A stretch of DNA of 64,000 nucleotides from Malacoraja senta (Eukaryota), in NCBI GenBank assembly GCA_038087875.1, contig CM075977.1, forward strand, positions 80,910,001 to 80,974,000. Direction: 5' to 3'. The notes under the pieces were generated by a model that was not told the origin of the DNA, ran no database searches, and was given only the letters and a program-made list of their open reading frames with translations. A program made the position numbers and the translations under genes. Every line of letters starts with the position of its first letter. The first letter of the stretch is position 1. Below, piece by piece: positions 62,607 through 64,000 of this stretch.

Positions 62607-64000
62607 CTGGCTCTGTGAATGCTTGAACTGAATCAGGTACAGCAATATCAAGCTGTACTCTGGTGGCACAAGGTGCTACTTTGTGGGAATTGGTTGGTAA
62701 AACCAAACATAAAATGTGTTGTTTTCTTTAAGGGAGTGCATGATATGTTAATTCTAACAATTTACCTTCCACTTTGGCAAAACTGCAGTTTCTGGCAACA
62801 GTTTTGTATCTGGACTATTTAATTTTAAAGAGACTTAACAAATGTAATCTATTGCCTTGTAGATTCTTTTGTAGTGACTGAGTTACCCAAGGTGGATGCA
62901 TAAGGCACTTAATTGAAAAGTGTTTTTGGCCAATTTTGTGATATTGTCAAACAACAAACTGAAATCCCTCTTGAGTGCCGACAAAAAGGTGGAAGAAAAA
63001 AACGCAATGTTTAACTAGTTTGTGAAAAATTGAAATGTTGCACTATCTTCTTGTTTGGGGAGGGAAAATGAAAATTGCTTTATGGGGAAAATGTAATCCA
63101 ACTTTTGTCTTTACACCAGTGGAACTGAACAGAATTACCAAGGATGCAGGGAACTAGCATTTTCGGAGGATGGAGTTGTTTCCAAAGTGATTTCTGGTTC
63201 CAGCCTAATGCCTATTCACACATATTATGGAAAATGCAGGGACACAAAATGTTAACTGTAATCGCAATAAATCTAAGGAATACCATAATGATGAAAATGA
63301 TGATCTAGAAGCCTGCCAGGTGGAAGATAGTTTAAAGTTCAATTGTTCCCAGTTTGCAGCTGCTTAGAATGAACAATGATTCATATTTACAACTGCTCAA
63401 AGATTTTTGCATATTTGCACTTGATTAACCCTTACTCTCCCAGTACATTGCAATTAGTTAAAAAGCATTATGTAGAGTATATAAGTTACTCTTGTACTTT
63501 GTAAATTTTTAATATTTGCAAATATGTGTTGGAACTGGCCAGTTGCATTTCTGTAGAGAAAACATAAATGTGTAGATTTAAATTCCAGAGGTGGAACTTA
63601 GAATTTAGATTATTTCTAGTTCAGTCTAAATATGCAGTGACTAAGATCTCTGTTACTTTTATTCATGGATCTACTGATGTTTTTTTTAACTGAAAATATA
63701 AATTAATATCTAGCTATTTCAGCTATTTACTGCCTATTGCTTTTGGAAATTTTCAAATATTTACAGCCCATTTTGATCAAAAATTGAGATTGAGCATGTG
63801 CAAGATACTTAAGCTAAAGCCCTTCTCTGTAAATTTTGAACATACTATTTTCAGTGTGATCATTTCTATACGTGTCAATTAACATCACATGAAATATTGC
63901 CACGGGTGTACAGAAAGCCACTGAGTTTCCAAAAGTGACACAAAAGTACAGCCTGTTGAGTGCATTCCTCAGTCTAAACTGTTAAAATGATTTTATTTCT
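62607..64000 (+). other. LDLRAD4: LDLRAD4 3'UTR / downstream region, TE-free; candidate polyA signal AATAAA at 63266-63271
   Basis: Follows the TGA stop. AT-rich with no recognisable repeats. The true transcript end cannot be determined from sequence. Confidence 0.6.

Overview
Eukaryotic genomic DNA, AT-rich and dense in transposable elements. The repeat families (HE1-like V-SINEs, CR1 LINEs, Deu-domain SINE relics, Neptune-type Penelope elements) suggest a cartilaginous fish such as a skate, ray or shark; this is inference. The only host gene I can support is the 3' part of LDLRAD4 (PMEPA1/LDLRAD4 family, + strand): a 155-nt transmembrane exon (39959-40113), a 57-nt exon (57666-57722) and the terminal PY-motif/SIM exon (62070-62606) plus 3'UTR. 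The upstream LDLa exon was not found, so 1-39958 is probably intron. Everything else is mobile DNA. Highlights: (1) a ~1.04-kb TAG...CTA DNA transposon with 7-bp TSDs, inserted in reverse orientation into another copy of itself (4654-6745); (2) a five-level nest Helitron > CR1 > CR1 > Gypsy > Penelope (11872-21713), where the Gypsy landed in the YADD codons of the CR1 RT and is itself an in-frame Gag-RNaseH-integrase derivative lacking protease and RT; (3) many Penelope terminal repeats carrying a minimal hammerhead-ribozyme-like motif with stem covariation; (4) two inverted Tc1 copies bracketing two LDLRAD4 exons; (5) templated or snap-back filler at retroelement 5' junctions and a perfect 37-bp inverted duplication 6.5 kb apart. 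No CRISPR array, rRNA or bona fide tRNA gene was found.
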